Assembly (NCBI RefSeq): GCF_018350175.1
Contig: NC_058383.1
Span: forward strand, 3,162,001 to 3,226,000
Direction: 5' to 3'
Length of the DNA: 64,000 bases
From: Felis catus
Taxonomy: Eukaryota
Below are positions 37,472 through 50,230 of this stretch, piece by piece. A model generated the notes under the pieces. The model saw nothing but the letters and a program-made list of their open reading frames with translations, made no database searches and was not told the origin of the DNA. The translations under genes and the position numbers were made by a program. How positions within the stretch are numbered: the first letter of the stretch is position 1; every line of letters begins with the position of its first letter.

Positions 37472-37672
37472 GAAATATTTGAAGTAATAATAGCTCAGAA
37501 TTCTCCAAATTAATTACAAATACCAAACCTCTAGCTACTCCAAGAAACTCCTAGAACACCAATTAGTATAAATTCCAAGAAGTCTACTATTAGGCACATT
37601 CAAAATATCGGGGGAAAAAACAGATTGAGGAAAATGCATTACTTAGCAAGGAACAAGAATAAGAAATACACT

Positions 37673-37892
37673 GGGGTGCCTGGGTGGCTCAGTTGGCTAA
37701 GCATCCAACTTTGGCTCAGGTCATAATCTCACGGTTCATGGGTTTGAGCCCTGTGTTGGGCTCTGTGCTGAGAACTCAGAGCCTGGAGCCTGCTTTGGAT
37801 CTGTGTCTACCTCTCTCTGTGTCCCTCCTCCACTCATGCTCTGTCTCTCTCTGTCTCTCAAAAATAAATAAACATTAAAGCAATTTATAAAA
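37673..37892 (+). mobile_element. CAN-SINE
   Basis: Standard head, body and tail; TSD-like AAGAATAAGAA on both sides. Confidence 0.92.
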
Positions 37893-38183
37893 AAGAATAA
37901 GAATAACATTAGGAGTCTTGCTGGAAATCATTCAAGCAAAGAGAGAGCAGAGTGTAATATTCAAAGCATTAAATTAAAAAAAAAAAAGAACAGCAACCTA
38001 GAATTCTATATCCAACAAAAATTTTCCTTCAGAAGTGACTTTCTCAAAAGACAAACAGTAGACTTTCTCAAACAAAAACTGAAGAATTTATTGCCAGCAG
38101 ACCAGCCTTGCAAGAAATGTTCAAAGGAGCGCTTAGGAGACAAGGAAAATAACTGTGGTCAACATAAAGAATGGAAGAGCATT

Positions 38184-38413
38184 GGGGTGTCTGGGTGGCT
38201 CAGTTGGTTAAGTGTCTGACTTCGGCTCAGGTCATGATCTCGCGGTTCGTGACTTCGAACCCTGCGCCGGGTTCTGAGCTGATAGCTCAGAGCCTGGATC
38301 CTACTTCAGATTTTGTGTCTCCCTCTTTCTCTGTTCCTCTCCTACTAGCAGTCTGTCTCTGTCTCTCTCTCTCTCTCTCTCAAAAATAAAGAATAAAAAG
38401 AATTTTTTTAAAA
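38184..38413 (+). mobile_element. CAN-SINE
   Basis: TSD AATGGAAGAGCAT on both sides. Confidence 0.93.
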
Positions 38414-39406
38414 AATGGAAGAGCATCGTGGAGGGAATAAATGTGAAACACAGTATTTTTTGTATTCTTAATTTAAAAGGTAAGTATCTTAGAATAGCTG
38501 TTTTATAATTCCATTTTTATATTGTTCAAAATATGGGCAAAACTTATGTGCAGAGATGAACACATAGATGTATCAAGAAATGCATCAGTACACCTGGGAG
38601 CCTTTCATTTTGATGTGAAGAGGAGTGATTCTTGCAGGGGTCTCAGGCAGGAATGTTCCAAGGTTCTGTATTTTGATCTGGGTCATAGTTCCATTTATTT
38701 TTATTTTGTATACTTTTTTATATGTGTTCTTGCACAATGTAAGAATTTTTTTCAGTTAGCTTTCCTGTATAACTCGCAGTAACCATATTAGAAAACATCT
38801 GGAAGGAAATTCGCAAAGCACTGTAATGTCTGGAGAAGGTATACTACGCTGTGTATAAGACCTCTGTGAGGCAAGTCTAAATTTACAAAGGAATAGAAAT
38901 AAAATCTTTGGCTATGCAATCCCGTTTCCTGATTGGGAAAACTCAACCCTGTGAGGGTACTGTTTCCCTCTAAACTGATCAATAGATGGGCTTAATGAAA
39001 TTTCAAACTCCTAGAAGATACCTGTGGCACTTTGATAAAATAATACTTAAGTTCTGAAGATGCTAAATAATTTAGCAGTAAGAAGACAAAAGTTTGAAGC
39101 AAAATAAAAGACCCTTGCTTTAAGAGCAACAAAGGTGGAACAAGAAAGCGGTGATTATAAAAATGACTTTCCAGTAAGTATTGAGGCAGACGGCTAAGTC
39201 CCTAGAAAATGATGTTCTATAGAAACTTGGGGGATGGGGGATGCAGGTGTGGTGACAAACAGGGTGTCGCACAAGAACTGCCCGTAGCATGTAGATGTAT
39301 GGAAAAAAGCATTCTCGTTGGTAATTAAAGTTGCAGTTTAAAACATCAATAACCATAGTACCATTGTTACTTTGAAATAAGACAACAGTTAGAAAATACC
39401 AGTACT

Positions 39407-39615
39407 GGGGCGCCTGGGTGGCGCAGTCAGTCGGGCGTCCGACTTCAGCCAGGTCACGATCTCGCGGTCCGTGAGTTCGAGCCCCGCGTCGGGCTCTGGG
39501 CTGATGGCTCGGAGCCTGGAGCCTGTTTCCGATTCTGTGTCTCCCTCTCTCTCTGCCCCTCCCCTGTTCATGCTCTGTCTCTCTCTGTCCCAAAAATAAA
39601 TAAACGTTGAAAAAA
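39407..39615 (+). mobile_element. Very young SINEC_Fc
   Basis: CpGs largely intact; perfect TSD AGAAAATACCAGTACT(G) at 39391 and 39616. Confidence 0.97.
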
Positions 39616-39652
39616 AGAAAATACCAGTACTGTCATTAGTGCTTATGTGAAC

Positions 39653-39869
39653 TTTTTTTTTTTTTTAATGTTTATTCATTTTTTGAAAGAGAGAAAGACA
39701 AGAGCACTAGTCAGGGAGGGCAAGAGAGGTAGGGAGACACAGAATCTGAAGCAGGCTCCATGCTCTGAGCTGTCAGCACAGAGCCTGACCCGGGGCTTGA
39801 ACCCACAAACCGTGAGATCATGACCTGAGCCGGAATCGGACGCTTGACCACTGAGCCCCCCAGCGCCCC
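39653..39869 (-). mobile_element. CAN-SINE
   Basis: Poly-T tail; degenerate TSD GTGCTTATGTGAACTTT / GTGCTTGTGTGTACTTT. Confidence 0.92.
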
Positions 39870-41458
39870 TTGTGCTTGTGTGTACTTTGAAGGACATGTA
39901 CTTTGAGTAACAATGTTTGCTGTGCTGTTTTCTGGAGGGATACAGGCCACTATTTACTGAAGGCATTTGAACTTAGGTAGCGTTTGGAATTCTCTTCTTA
40001 GGAATTTATTCTGAAAGCTGTTCAAACATGCTATGGACTCTGTGTGCTAAGACATTATGCTTGGTCCCGGGGCTCAAGTAGGTACGGAAGGAAGCTGGCT
40101 ACATGCTGATGAAGACAGGAAGACAAACATGAACTAAATAAGAGAGAAATTAAGTGATCAAAGAGGAAGTGCTAGACATAATGAGCGCCTTCCACCGGAG
40201 GGTTTAGCCTGGCCTGGGTGTGAGTACCTGTGTGTGCTGGGGACAGCCATCGGGCAGTTTTCCCTGGAGAAGCTGTAAAAGCCGAAAGGCGAAAAAGTAG
40301 TAAGAGTCAGGGAGAAGAGGGGGGGGGTGGGTGTCGTGTGTGAAGGCCAGCAGTGGCGCAGGGAGGACACAGAGGAAGGGCTCGTGATGGCTCTGGGAAG
40401 GCGGGAGGGGTCACACTGCGTGAGGCTTTCCATGCGCATTAAAGATTTGACCCAGGAAACTGATAGGAAAAACAGTGTTTTCAAAAAAGACACTGATTCA
40501 GTCTTACAGTATATAATTTTAATGTCTTAATACAAGTGTGTGGTCATTATGATATTGTATATCATAATGACTATGACTGTATTGAATATCATTTGATAAG
40601 CGTATAATTGTTAATATTATCTAATAATACTTAATAACACCTAATGCTACTATATTTAATATGATATGAAATGGATGCAAACAGCAGGTGCAGTTTAATC
40701 TCAGTTTTGAAAAAGAAAACTGTGTGCCTATACATGCAAAAACGGAAACTTCTCCTAATGGCTGTGCCGGAGTTTTCTGTGTGCTGGGATGAAGGTGCTT
40801 TTCATATTCTCCTTTATTTTCTTAATTCTCTTAAATGGATAGGTGTTACTGTTTACTTAGAAAAATATGTATTGTTTCAGGAAAATACTTTTGGTTTTAT
40901 CTTGGAAAAGTTAAATGAGTGGTCTGTATATATTAAAATGGGCTTAAGACATGATACAGGCAAACACCCATTAAATGGCATAGAGTCTGGGCTCATGCTG
41001 GCTTTGTCCCTTTGAGGTCTCCTTCAGTATACGCTTTCCCATTAAGGACCCTGAAGCTTCGACGTTTTTATTGAACTGTATTATTCAATCATATGGATCT
41101 GAGAGAGACCGAAACCAGCTAGCCCTGGGCTAGCTTTAGAAATTCTAATACATGTTCACTTTCTTCATGCTTCATGTATTGAACTGTAAAAATGCTGGTT
41201 TTGTCACCATAGGAAAATCATAGGGTGAATTAAGTCTCATTCCTGTTTTATTTGACTGGGAGCAAAAACAAATCTTAAAATTCAAAAGTACGTGGTGCAA
41301 CCATATAATTACTGTACGTAAGAAGCTCAGCCCAACTACTGCATGCTTTTATTTTCAGTGTTATTCACAGCATCGCTACAGTTCAGGGATATCCGATTTG
41401 TCATATCTAGATAAATTTTTCCTTTTGTACAGAAATTCATGAACAATAATGATATTCT

Positions 41459-41672
41459 GGGCCACCAGGATGGCTCAGTAGGTTGAGCGGCCGACTTCGG
41501 CTCAGGTCATAACCTTGAGTTCGTGAGTTTGAGCCCTGCATGGGGTTCACTGCTGTTGGCACAGAGCCCACTTTGGATCCTTGGTGTGTGTGTGTGTGTG
41601 TGTGTGTGTCTCCCCTTCCCTTGCGTGTGGTCTTTCTCTGTCTCTCTTAAAAAAATTTTTTTTTTTAAAAAG
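41459..41672 (+). mobile_element. CAN-SINE containing a (TG)n microsatellite
   Basis: TSD CAATAATGATATTCTGG at 41444-41460 and 41673-41689; (TG)n at ~41584-41609. Confidence 0.92.
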
Positions 41673-44600
41673 CAATAATGATATTCTGGTTTAGGTTAAA
41701 TTTCAGGATAGTGGGGAATAAAGGCACAAACCTTATGTAGACGAAACATGCCAGTAATGGGAATTTTTTGACAGATCGTATTCTCACTATTCCGTGCCTC
41801 CGGAACCTAATCGGACAGTCAAATGGATGAATGCACTAAAGAGGGAGAATACCGCCTCTTGATCTGAAATAAGAAAAGAGAGCAATGTTCTGATTTAATG
41901 ACAGAAGTGGCCCTGCTGCTTAGTCTAGCCCCTTCCCCTGCACCAGCTTGCTCACAGCTAAACCCCAGCGCGGCAAGAGGAAAGGCACGTCGCGTCCCTT
42001 CTGCCCACTGTAAGATGCCGGGAGCCATGGCCTGCGCTCCTCTTGGGCTGACGCGGGGGGCTGGTGCAACAGAGCTCCAGTCTCCCACGGGCCAGCGGTA
42101 GTAACGTGCCCTACAGCTCCCCAGGCTGGAGCCCTCTTGGTGTAAAAAACAGCAAAAAACATTAATTCGGACACAGGGCTCTAAAGAAACAAAGTGAAAA
42201 CAAAATCTCCCTTCTGCCAGCTGGGTGTTCCAGCGTACCTTAGTCTAATATGAGTTGTTGCTAGCATCTGGATTTTTTTTCACACTCTTTAATACAAAGC
42301 TCATGCGGGCCTTTACAGACTATGGTCAGATGTGTCTTTAGGGACCAACACAGGATTTATTTGTCTAGCGTGAGATTGACCTAATCTATTGAATAAAATT
42401 GGCAAAGATGTTTTACTCTCAGAATATATGGTTATTTTGCCTTGCTTCAATTAAAAATCACTTAATAGTATCAGTTTATCATGGCCAAGAAGGACTGGAG
42501 ATTTAGTAAGATCTTACAGGCATCTCTAAAGGAAGATGCTTGATTCAAGAAAAAAAAAGTGAGTAGATGGACCACAAGGAATGTGAAAGAGGTGTTAATT
42601 GCATTGCAGACAAGTGAGTAATAAGGCAAACCATTTAATTTTGACGTCTCCTTTCATGGTCCAAATCTACAAGTGTAAAAGTATTTAAATGTGCAACTTA
42701 TAGGCGATGCTGTGTATAGGTATACTAATGAAATAAAAGATACTTGGTGGAGTCAAATGGGATAAAAGATTCCTGTTTTACCATCTATTCACACCTTTCT
42801 CTTCTTCACCTTTTTCTGCCTAAATCACGTGACGATGCCTGATGGCGGTGACCGCAGAGCAGACAGACGAGGGATGTGTCAAGGCTATGCTTCTTTGTGT
42901 AATAATCACGTGCAGAACCTTTTCTTCCTGAGAATTTACTTTTTCCTTCTAGAATGGGCCTGCAGGCACAGCAATACCTCGAGGCTCCACGTTGCTGTCC
43001 CGGAGAAAGCCGTGGGAGCCCCTCTCTGTGTGGGTCCATAGCATTCCCGCTGTCCCTGCCTGACTGCCACCCCTGGGGGCTAGCGTTTCTGACATGCCAG
43101 GACTTTTGGGCCCTTACTGACATGAAACTTAAATTTCAGCCACTGGTTTTCATGTGCATTTCAGCCTTCTGAAGGTCTGATATTTCTCAAGGTATCAAAT
43201 AAAAAGCTACAAAACTAGGATGATGCCCTCTTTATTTCCTGTCCCATAAACCTTGAATTCGGTGCCTGTGTTCATAATTCATTGCCGTGCCCAAAGCGTC
43301 TCACCTCACGATGCTGCGCATAGCAAACAGAATGTGAGGGCAGGGCCAGATATGCCGGCCGCAAGAAAGGAGAGCTTGGGGGGCAAGGGGTGGCGAGTGT
43401 GGCTAACTTCTCAAAAGCCTAAAGCCTACTTAGCCATCGTTAATTGTCCAGCATGGACTATTTTCACAGGCCTGAGTCTCGTCCAGTGAGGATTCGCTGA
43501 CAGCCATACAGACTTCCTCTTGAAAGGTCCTTTTTCTCAAAAATTATTTAACACTTCATTGATGATGGTGCCGAGCTCTGATCGGACATAGCTGACGGGT
43601 TCTGGGAAGGGTCCGAGACAGGACATGTGCTGGGGCCCCTGGAGCCGCCTTATTCAGCGATGGACACACCTGAGCTGTGACAGCCCTCCTGGTCACTTCC
43701 CTCTGATGACCGCTGTCCCCTGAAAGCCTCAGGAAAGTTGTTTCCTACTTCCATTTCTTCTCCTGGTTCACTTGTAAAATCCGTGTGGGTATATCTAATT
43801 TAAAAACAAACAGACAAAAAACACCACAAATGATGGGCCAGAGACTAAGACAGTATTTCATGTGAGGCATATTCCCACTGAGCAGAGGATGAAATAAACT
43901 CTTTACCAATGGAAAAAGTGTGTCTTTCACCTTGTGTGATTTACATTTCATAACAACCTTTTGCTAGAAAGTTAACTAATTAAACGCTTTCTAAGTTGCT
44001 GCATATGTGAATGAATAGAATATATATTGCAACTTTTGTTTTCATCTTACCCGGCCTGATGGTTGAGCCTGAACTGATTTTGTTAACTTGTCTTCCATAA
44101 GCTTTTATTCACTGTTATTAAGAACTGCAATTTATGTAATGAATTTATTAGATCAATTATTTTTATCTTAATGCATGTTTAGGACTTCAAAGACTCTTTT
44201 CTTTTGGTTTTCTTTCATTTAAATCATTTCCTGAACATCACAGTTCCAGTGCCTTCACTTTGATACATAATTACTATTCTGCAAGAGCTCCCAATACTTT
44301 TAATGTCATCTGACCTTAGGATTTTAATAGAATTAAATGCAAACAAGATGAGAAAATAAGGGTCATGGGGAAACTTTATTTGTGACTGAGCTTTGGGAGA
44401 AGTTTTAAACCTTGGTCAAAGTGCATTTCTGCGTTTAAGAAATAAAAAAAATATGCCAGGAGACGCCTTCAGAAACGGCATTTACAGAAATTGCTTTTTT
44501 GAGAGTTTGATTTTAGAATTCTAGCGTGAATTTATATCATCTGGGTCTGTATAGGGTTCATTTCTTTCTTTGCATTTTTATTGTTATAAATCAAGAGACT

Positions 44601-44682
44601 CATCTTCCAAGGCAAAAACCTTATTATTGGAAACAATGTGTGAAAACTTTTGATTTGTTACCTGTAAATAAGTAGTGAGTCT

Positions 44683-45132
44683 TGTCAACCTTTACAAGAA
44701 AAAGGTAAGCACTTTAGCCAGCAAAATCAAGTTTACTCAGGAAGAGCAGAGGAATTAAGGACAGCACAGATCGAGGCAAACCGCAAGCAAGTCTAGAGAG
44801 CAAAGGAAGGGAGGGTTCTGTAATAAAGCAGGGGGTGGGGGTGGGAGGGGTTGTTCTGAACAAAGTTTGGAGGAGACTGAGAGTTTGGGGTTGGGGTGGC
44901 TTCTCATTGGCCAAGTTCTTGTTTCTCATTGGCTGGGTTATGGCTTCTCATTGGCTGAGTTCTACTTTGTCATCGGCCGTGGTCTCTAATTGGCTGTGTT
45001 GTTGCCGGGCCAGGAGAAAATCTTGCTTCTTCCTGCAGAGTATATAAGGTATGTTGCCGTGGTGTGGTTGTGTGCATGGTAACCCTCCCTTCGTTGCTTC
45101 CCCACTCCATTTTGACTTTATTTGTCTTCACA
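44683..45132 (-). mobile_element. ERV1-class solo LTR (450 bp) with a CCAAT array
   Basis: TG...CA termini and a perfect 4-bp TSD GTCT (44679-44682, 45133-45136); the minus strand starts 'tgtgaagacaaataaagtcaaaatggag'; AGTAAA poly(A)-like signal near 44730. Confidence 0.85.
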
Positions 45133-46919
45133 GTCTGTTACATTTACTCTCCCCCTGAAATTACAACAGTATTTGTAGTAAAGAAATAGGAAGTATATTT
45201 GAATATTTTTTGATCTAGTTTTGTTATCTCAGCTTTAAATTCCAACTTTTACTAATTTCTGTCCCCCTACCCAAAAAGATGAAGGTCAACGCTGATGCTG
45301 CTAATTCTCTAACTAACTGAACTCCCAAGTGGTCTTTGAATTCTGTTGCCATATGATCAATAGGATGTCTGAGATGATCAAAAATGTGGAGAACCCAAGG
45401 GTTGGGGGGCACTGTTTCCAGATATACTAATTCATAACTAGGTATCATAACTAGTTTATGATTTACTTGATCTGGAAATAGTCTAGTATAATTTTGGTAG
45501 TAATTTTATAGCAATTTCTTTACTATTTTTATAACCTGAATTTATGGACATAAAAAGTATAAACTCTGTCCTTTTGTGAACTTGATTTCTGAATTCTCCA
45601 GGAAACTTTAGATGTCCAAGCCATATTTCATTATTGTAAAACATCATTGACAGTAAATAAGCAGAAACATCACCATCACTATTAGTAAGAGAGACAAGGA
45701 GTGAAAATTTTCTAAACTAGAGGTAGTGCCACTTAACCTTTATAGCAAAGGAAGAGAAATGCTCGGCAGAAGCCTTTTGCAGGAGAGAAGCAGGAATAAA
45801 CGTGGTGGGGTTGCAGCCACCCCGAGACAGGAAAAGTTCTTACAGATTATTGTAGTTGGCTCTTGACCCTCCCTCTAGAAAGCTGGAGCATGTGTAGACC
45901 TGTTTATCACAGAGAGGCTCTGAGGACCCTGACTATAGTGGAGTTTTTCTCATCAGTGAGATCCTCAAATGACACTCCTAGGTTCGTGAAGTGGGTTTTG
46001 TGGCTGAATATGGCTGTGATTTGCGAATAGCACATTCCTAAAAGGCATGCCTTGAAGTAGCAAGAACTGGACCCTTTGCTATTTGCTGTCTTTTTTTTTT
46101 TTTTATCTTTATACTATAGTCAATAAAATACTGGTATACTGGTAAATTGGTAAGAATTCAACATCACATAATAAAATTCTGAAGAAGAGTAAAATGCAAA
46201 CAAAAAAACATAAACAAAAAACAACCACATGATTTGATGAGGAATATCTTCCTAAAAGAAAACTTGCTATTTCTAACATTCCTCTTGGCTTTCCATTGAA
46301 GAGTTCTACCCAAAGTATAAGCATAAATGACTAGGCCATATGGAAATTGGTTGTAAAAGATGTTTTAAATTAGCCAGCCACTCCAAGAGTCTTGGAACGT
46401 CACATACATTGATATTATGCTGGCTAATGAAGTTGCCTCTTGGAGAGTTTTTATTCAACCAAACTGAAATTCTTTGAGAAATTCATATTACTTTTTAATA
46501 CAATTGTCTTGGTTCATACCCCAGGGATATATTTAAGTTATAATTGAATATTGCATTTTTAAGAAGGTTCTTTAATTTATTGCTTCTTTCAGCGAATTTT
46601 GCTTGGTGTTGTTCTGTCAGAATAATTTAATTTTACATCAGCTAATTTAGCTCATATTAATATTTCCCCTGAAATTCAGATAGCTTGGCAAGCTGTTTTA
46701 CGTGGTGAGGAAGAAAACTCTTTTATAGGAAGCATTAAAATGTTAAATTATTGTGAAGTGAAATCATTTTATCAGTCCTGGGAGGCAGTCCTTCCGTTAT
46801 ATCCTTTCAAGCAAAGTCAACTTTTACTAAAAAAGCCGATTCCCTTTTCCTCCTTCGTCCTCTTTCCCTGTTTTCCCTGACACCATCCTTCCTTCCTGTC
46901 TCCTGGTGCCTCGAAGTCG

Positions 46920-46940
46920 TCCAGCACTGTGGACAGCAGC
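46920..46940 (+). promoter_or_regulatory. Candidate RE1/NRSE (REST binding site)
   Basis: TCCAGCACTGTGGACAGCAGC compared with consensus TTCAGCACCACGGACAGCGCC; CAGCAC and GGACAG half-sites at canonical spacing. Confidence 0.45.
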
Positions 46941-48504
46941 CGCAGCCCCAGCTGGTTTCTCAGTCCCTCTCGGTGGTTACAACATTCAGTGAAAAATTCG
47001 ACGTGATGAAAGAAAGCCTCATTTGATGAGGTTGTACGGGTTTCACCGGACAGCTAGTGGGCACCTAATGGCAGCGTTAGTTGGGGAAATACAGGAGTTC
47101 AAAGGACTTGGTGATTTTGAAAGTGGATGGCAGCACAGGGAGCGTCCTTTTTCCTGTTCAGCTGTGGCCCAGAGCATCCTGCCCTGCTGCCTGTGTGGTG
47201 CCTGGGTGACGTTCTATCCAATTTCTGATAAGGCTTTTGTTTTATAATGTGGTCTTGCTTCTGTGAAAATAAACTCTGGGTTTATTTTGGTTCATAGTTT
47301 GCTCTAGCAGGGGAGCCCTGCTCCTGGGGGTACACAGAGGCAGGCCAAGGGAAGGCAGGGCTGAGGAGGGAGAGAAGGGGAGGCTGGGTGTCTGGTTGGA
47401 GGCTGTTGGCCTGCGGAAGCTGGAGGCAGCTCGCTAGAAGGGGGCATCCCAAGGGCTGCTTTGGGGAGCATATTTGGCTTTCTAGGTTGGTCCTGAGCTG
47501 GAAAGGGTTTGGGGGGATGAAAGTAAAGAAGTCATGGTCCTTGACCCAGTCCCAACAGTCCTGGGCCATTGGCACAGAGGCTGTGTTTGTCTTCCGGACT
47601 TTTCACGGGGCCTGGAGTCTCTTGTCCTCCAGGGCCTGGCCAGGGGCTTTTTGTGTATTCATTCTCTTACTTTGTACTGAGAAATAAGTCTAGCAAAGTG
47701 TGAATTGAATATATACTTCAGGAAGTTTTAAATTAAGAAGGATAGATAATTGGATGTTTTTAAAATTTACTTTTTAATTTGTATCTAGTAAAATTCACTC
47801 TTTCTGAAAGACGTAGAGTCTAGTAACCAGTGCCATAATCAAGATACAGAATGTCACCTCCACAAGTTCCCCTGATGTTCCTTTGTAGTCAGCCTTTCCC
47901 TCACCCCTGATCCCAAGGAACCATGGACCTGTTTTCCGACCCTACGGTTTGACCTTTCCCAGAGTGTCTTATAAATGGAACTTACAAAATGGAGCTTTTG
48001 CGCTGGCTTCTTTGACACAGCACAAGGCATATGACACATCCACATTGTCATATGTATGTCAGTAGTTCATACCCTTAAAAAAAAAAACAACTTTAGTCTT
48101 GATTTCTCTTTCACCACTTTTTCTCCTCACTTCCTTTTCCTGGCCTAGGATCCCCCCAGGGCCTCAGGTTTCATTTTGTTGTCATGTTTCCTTAGTCTCC
48201 TCCAACCTGTGACAGTTTCTCGGTCTTCCCCTATTTTTATGACCTTGGTTGGCACTTCTGAAGAGTCTGGTCGGATATTTTGTGGAATTCCTCCCCTTGG
48301 GTTTGTGTGATGTTTTCTCATGATTAGACTGGGGTTATGGGTTTGGGGGAAAAATACCACAGAGGTGAAGTGCCCTTTCCATGACATCGTCTCTGGGGAT
48401 GCATATCATCATGACTTACTCCTGGTGATAGGAACTTTGATCACTTGGTGAAGGTAGGGTTTGACAAGTTTCTCCAGGGTACACTTCCTATTTTTTCCCA
48501 ACAT

Positions 48505-49292
48505 TCTCTTCCTGAAAGATTTTTTCCTTATACCAACCAAATATTTGATGTTTTTCCACACCAATTCTCCAATTCTCTGACACTCCAATTCAGCTCTGAC
48601 ACCAACTTCCAGAGTCAGCACAGACCCTACAAGACTGCCTCTACTTCAGGTGCCAACCACAAATGGGGTTCCAAGACTGCCTACATTTCCACCCAGCCAA
48701 TTGCAAATTCAGGGGTTCTCATGACCCCACTCCCCAGGTTTGATAATTCACTAGAATGACCTGAGAAAGTGCTTTATTTATCTGTCATAATTGGCTTATT
48801 ATAAAGGATGCAACTCAGAAACAGCCACAGGAGGAGGGGCACAGAGCAAAGATACGGGGTCGGCGACTGGGTGGGGGTGAGGTGCCAAGTTTCCATGCCC
48901 TCTCTGAGCATGCCACCCTCTTAGCACCTACATGTGTTCACCAGCCTAAAAGCTCGATACACCCCTTAGCTTAGTGGTGTTTATGGAAGTTTCATTTTAT
49001 GGGTATGATTGATGAATTCACTGGCCATTGGTAATTAACTCAGTCTCCAGTCTCCTGCCCCTCCCCAGAGGCTGGGGGAGTTGAAGGACAAGTTCTAAGC
49101 TTCCAGTCAGTGCTCAGCCTTTGGGGCAACCAACCTCTGCCTTCTGAAGCTATGTGGGAGCCCTCCAAAAATTGCATCCTTGGAGCCAAAGATGTTCCTG
49201 TCACCCTTATCACTCAGAAAATTCCAAGGGTTTTAAGAAATCTATGCCAGGACCCCAGACAGAGAGCAGATGTAGGTTTCCTATTATGCTGT
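48505..49292 (-). mobile_element. MER21-family solo LTR
   Basis: 'ccaattcagctctgacacc...cagaccctacaagactgcc', 'caggtttgataattcactagaatg', 'cactcagaaaattccaagggttttaagaa'; the host L1 resumes on both sides. Confidence 0.82.
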
Positions 49293-50011
49293 AATTCCTT
49301 AGAAGCAAGTCACTGGTCCAGCCCACCCTCAGGCGGAGGGGAGCTGTGCTCCACAATGGAGGGGAGAGCATCCGGTCCTCTGCAGGCAGATGCTGATCGG
49401 TAGGCATTCCAGGGGAGGCACTTGGAGGCTGTGCACACGTCTGTGTCTCCTAACACTCGCATCCACCAAATCTCGCGTTTGCCAGCAGGTCTTGCTTGTA
49501 GCAGTTATCACGGTTATGTTCTGTTTCCTTTATTTCTTCCGCAGTTATTATTTGAAATTCTTCTGTAATGAAGATTTGTCCCTTTCCTCATCTATTTTTT
49601 TTTATTCAGTCATTTATTTTATCATGTGGACATTTATGTTATTCCTTGGGTTTTCATCTGTTTTTAATTTGTGGCTCACATGGTTTCAACTTTGACCTTG
49701 GAGCTTCTTTGGATTGGCTCCTCTGTCCCTTTGATTTTTTCCTAGGAACATACTCACCCTCTGGCACCATGAGGTTCTCTAGGTCTCTCTTATGTATCCC
49801 CTGCACCAGCCCCAGAATCAGCAGTTTCTAATGGTTCATTAACCAAATCCCTGGTTTCTTTTATTGGCAAGTGAGATTAGAAACTAGGATCTGAGTGCCG
49901 GGTTCTGGTCACTGCTGGACTGTTACATTTCCAGGTTTCTCCACAGACCGAGCATATTCTAACCTGCATAAACGTGCAAGTCTCTTTTCCTAGCTGTCTG
50001 TGTGCACATTT

Positions 50012-50230
50012 AAATTTATTTTTTTATGTTTTTATTTATTTTTGAGAGAGAGAGAGAGACAGTGCAAGCAGGGGAGGGACAGAGAGAGAGGGAGACACAG
50101 AACCTGAAGACAGGCTACAGACTCTGAGCCATCATCACAGAGCCCGACGTGGGGCTCAAACTCATGAACCATGAGACCATGACGTGAGCTGGAGTCAGAC
50201 GCTTAACCGACTGCACCACCTAGGCACCCC
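50012..50230 (-). mobile_element. CAN-SINE
   Basis: Ends 'ccacctaggcacccc'; TSD-like TGTGTGCACAT on both sides. Confidence 0.92.

Larger units (their letters stand above)
33075..38470 (+). mobile_element. Composite of old L1M 5' UTR/ORF1 remnants (probably two elements) carrying seven SINE insertions
   Basis: ORF1-type 'gacaccattaagcacaccaacatatgcaaaatgggaatacc', 'aaatcttgaaagcagcaaaagag', 'caacctagaattctatatcca'; ORF 35158..35346 resembles degraded ORF1p. Confidence 0.75.

Noticed and set aside
45021..45054. Acceptor plus donor enclosing a 10-nt microexon (45039-45048)
   Set aside because: Lies inside an LTR, is frame-shifting and has no supporting context; likely coincidental.
47003..47033. 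GTGATGA followed by a short hairpin CCTCAT-TTG-ATGAGG
   Set aside because: Stem too short for a miRNA and no matching box D at a suitable distance.
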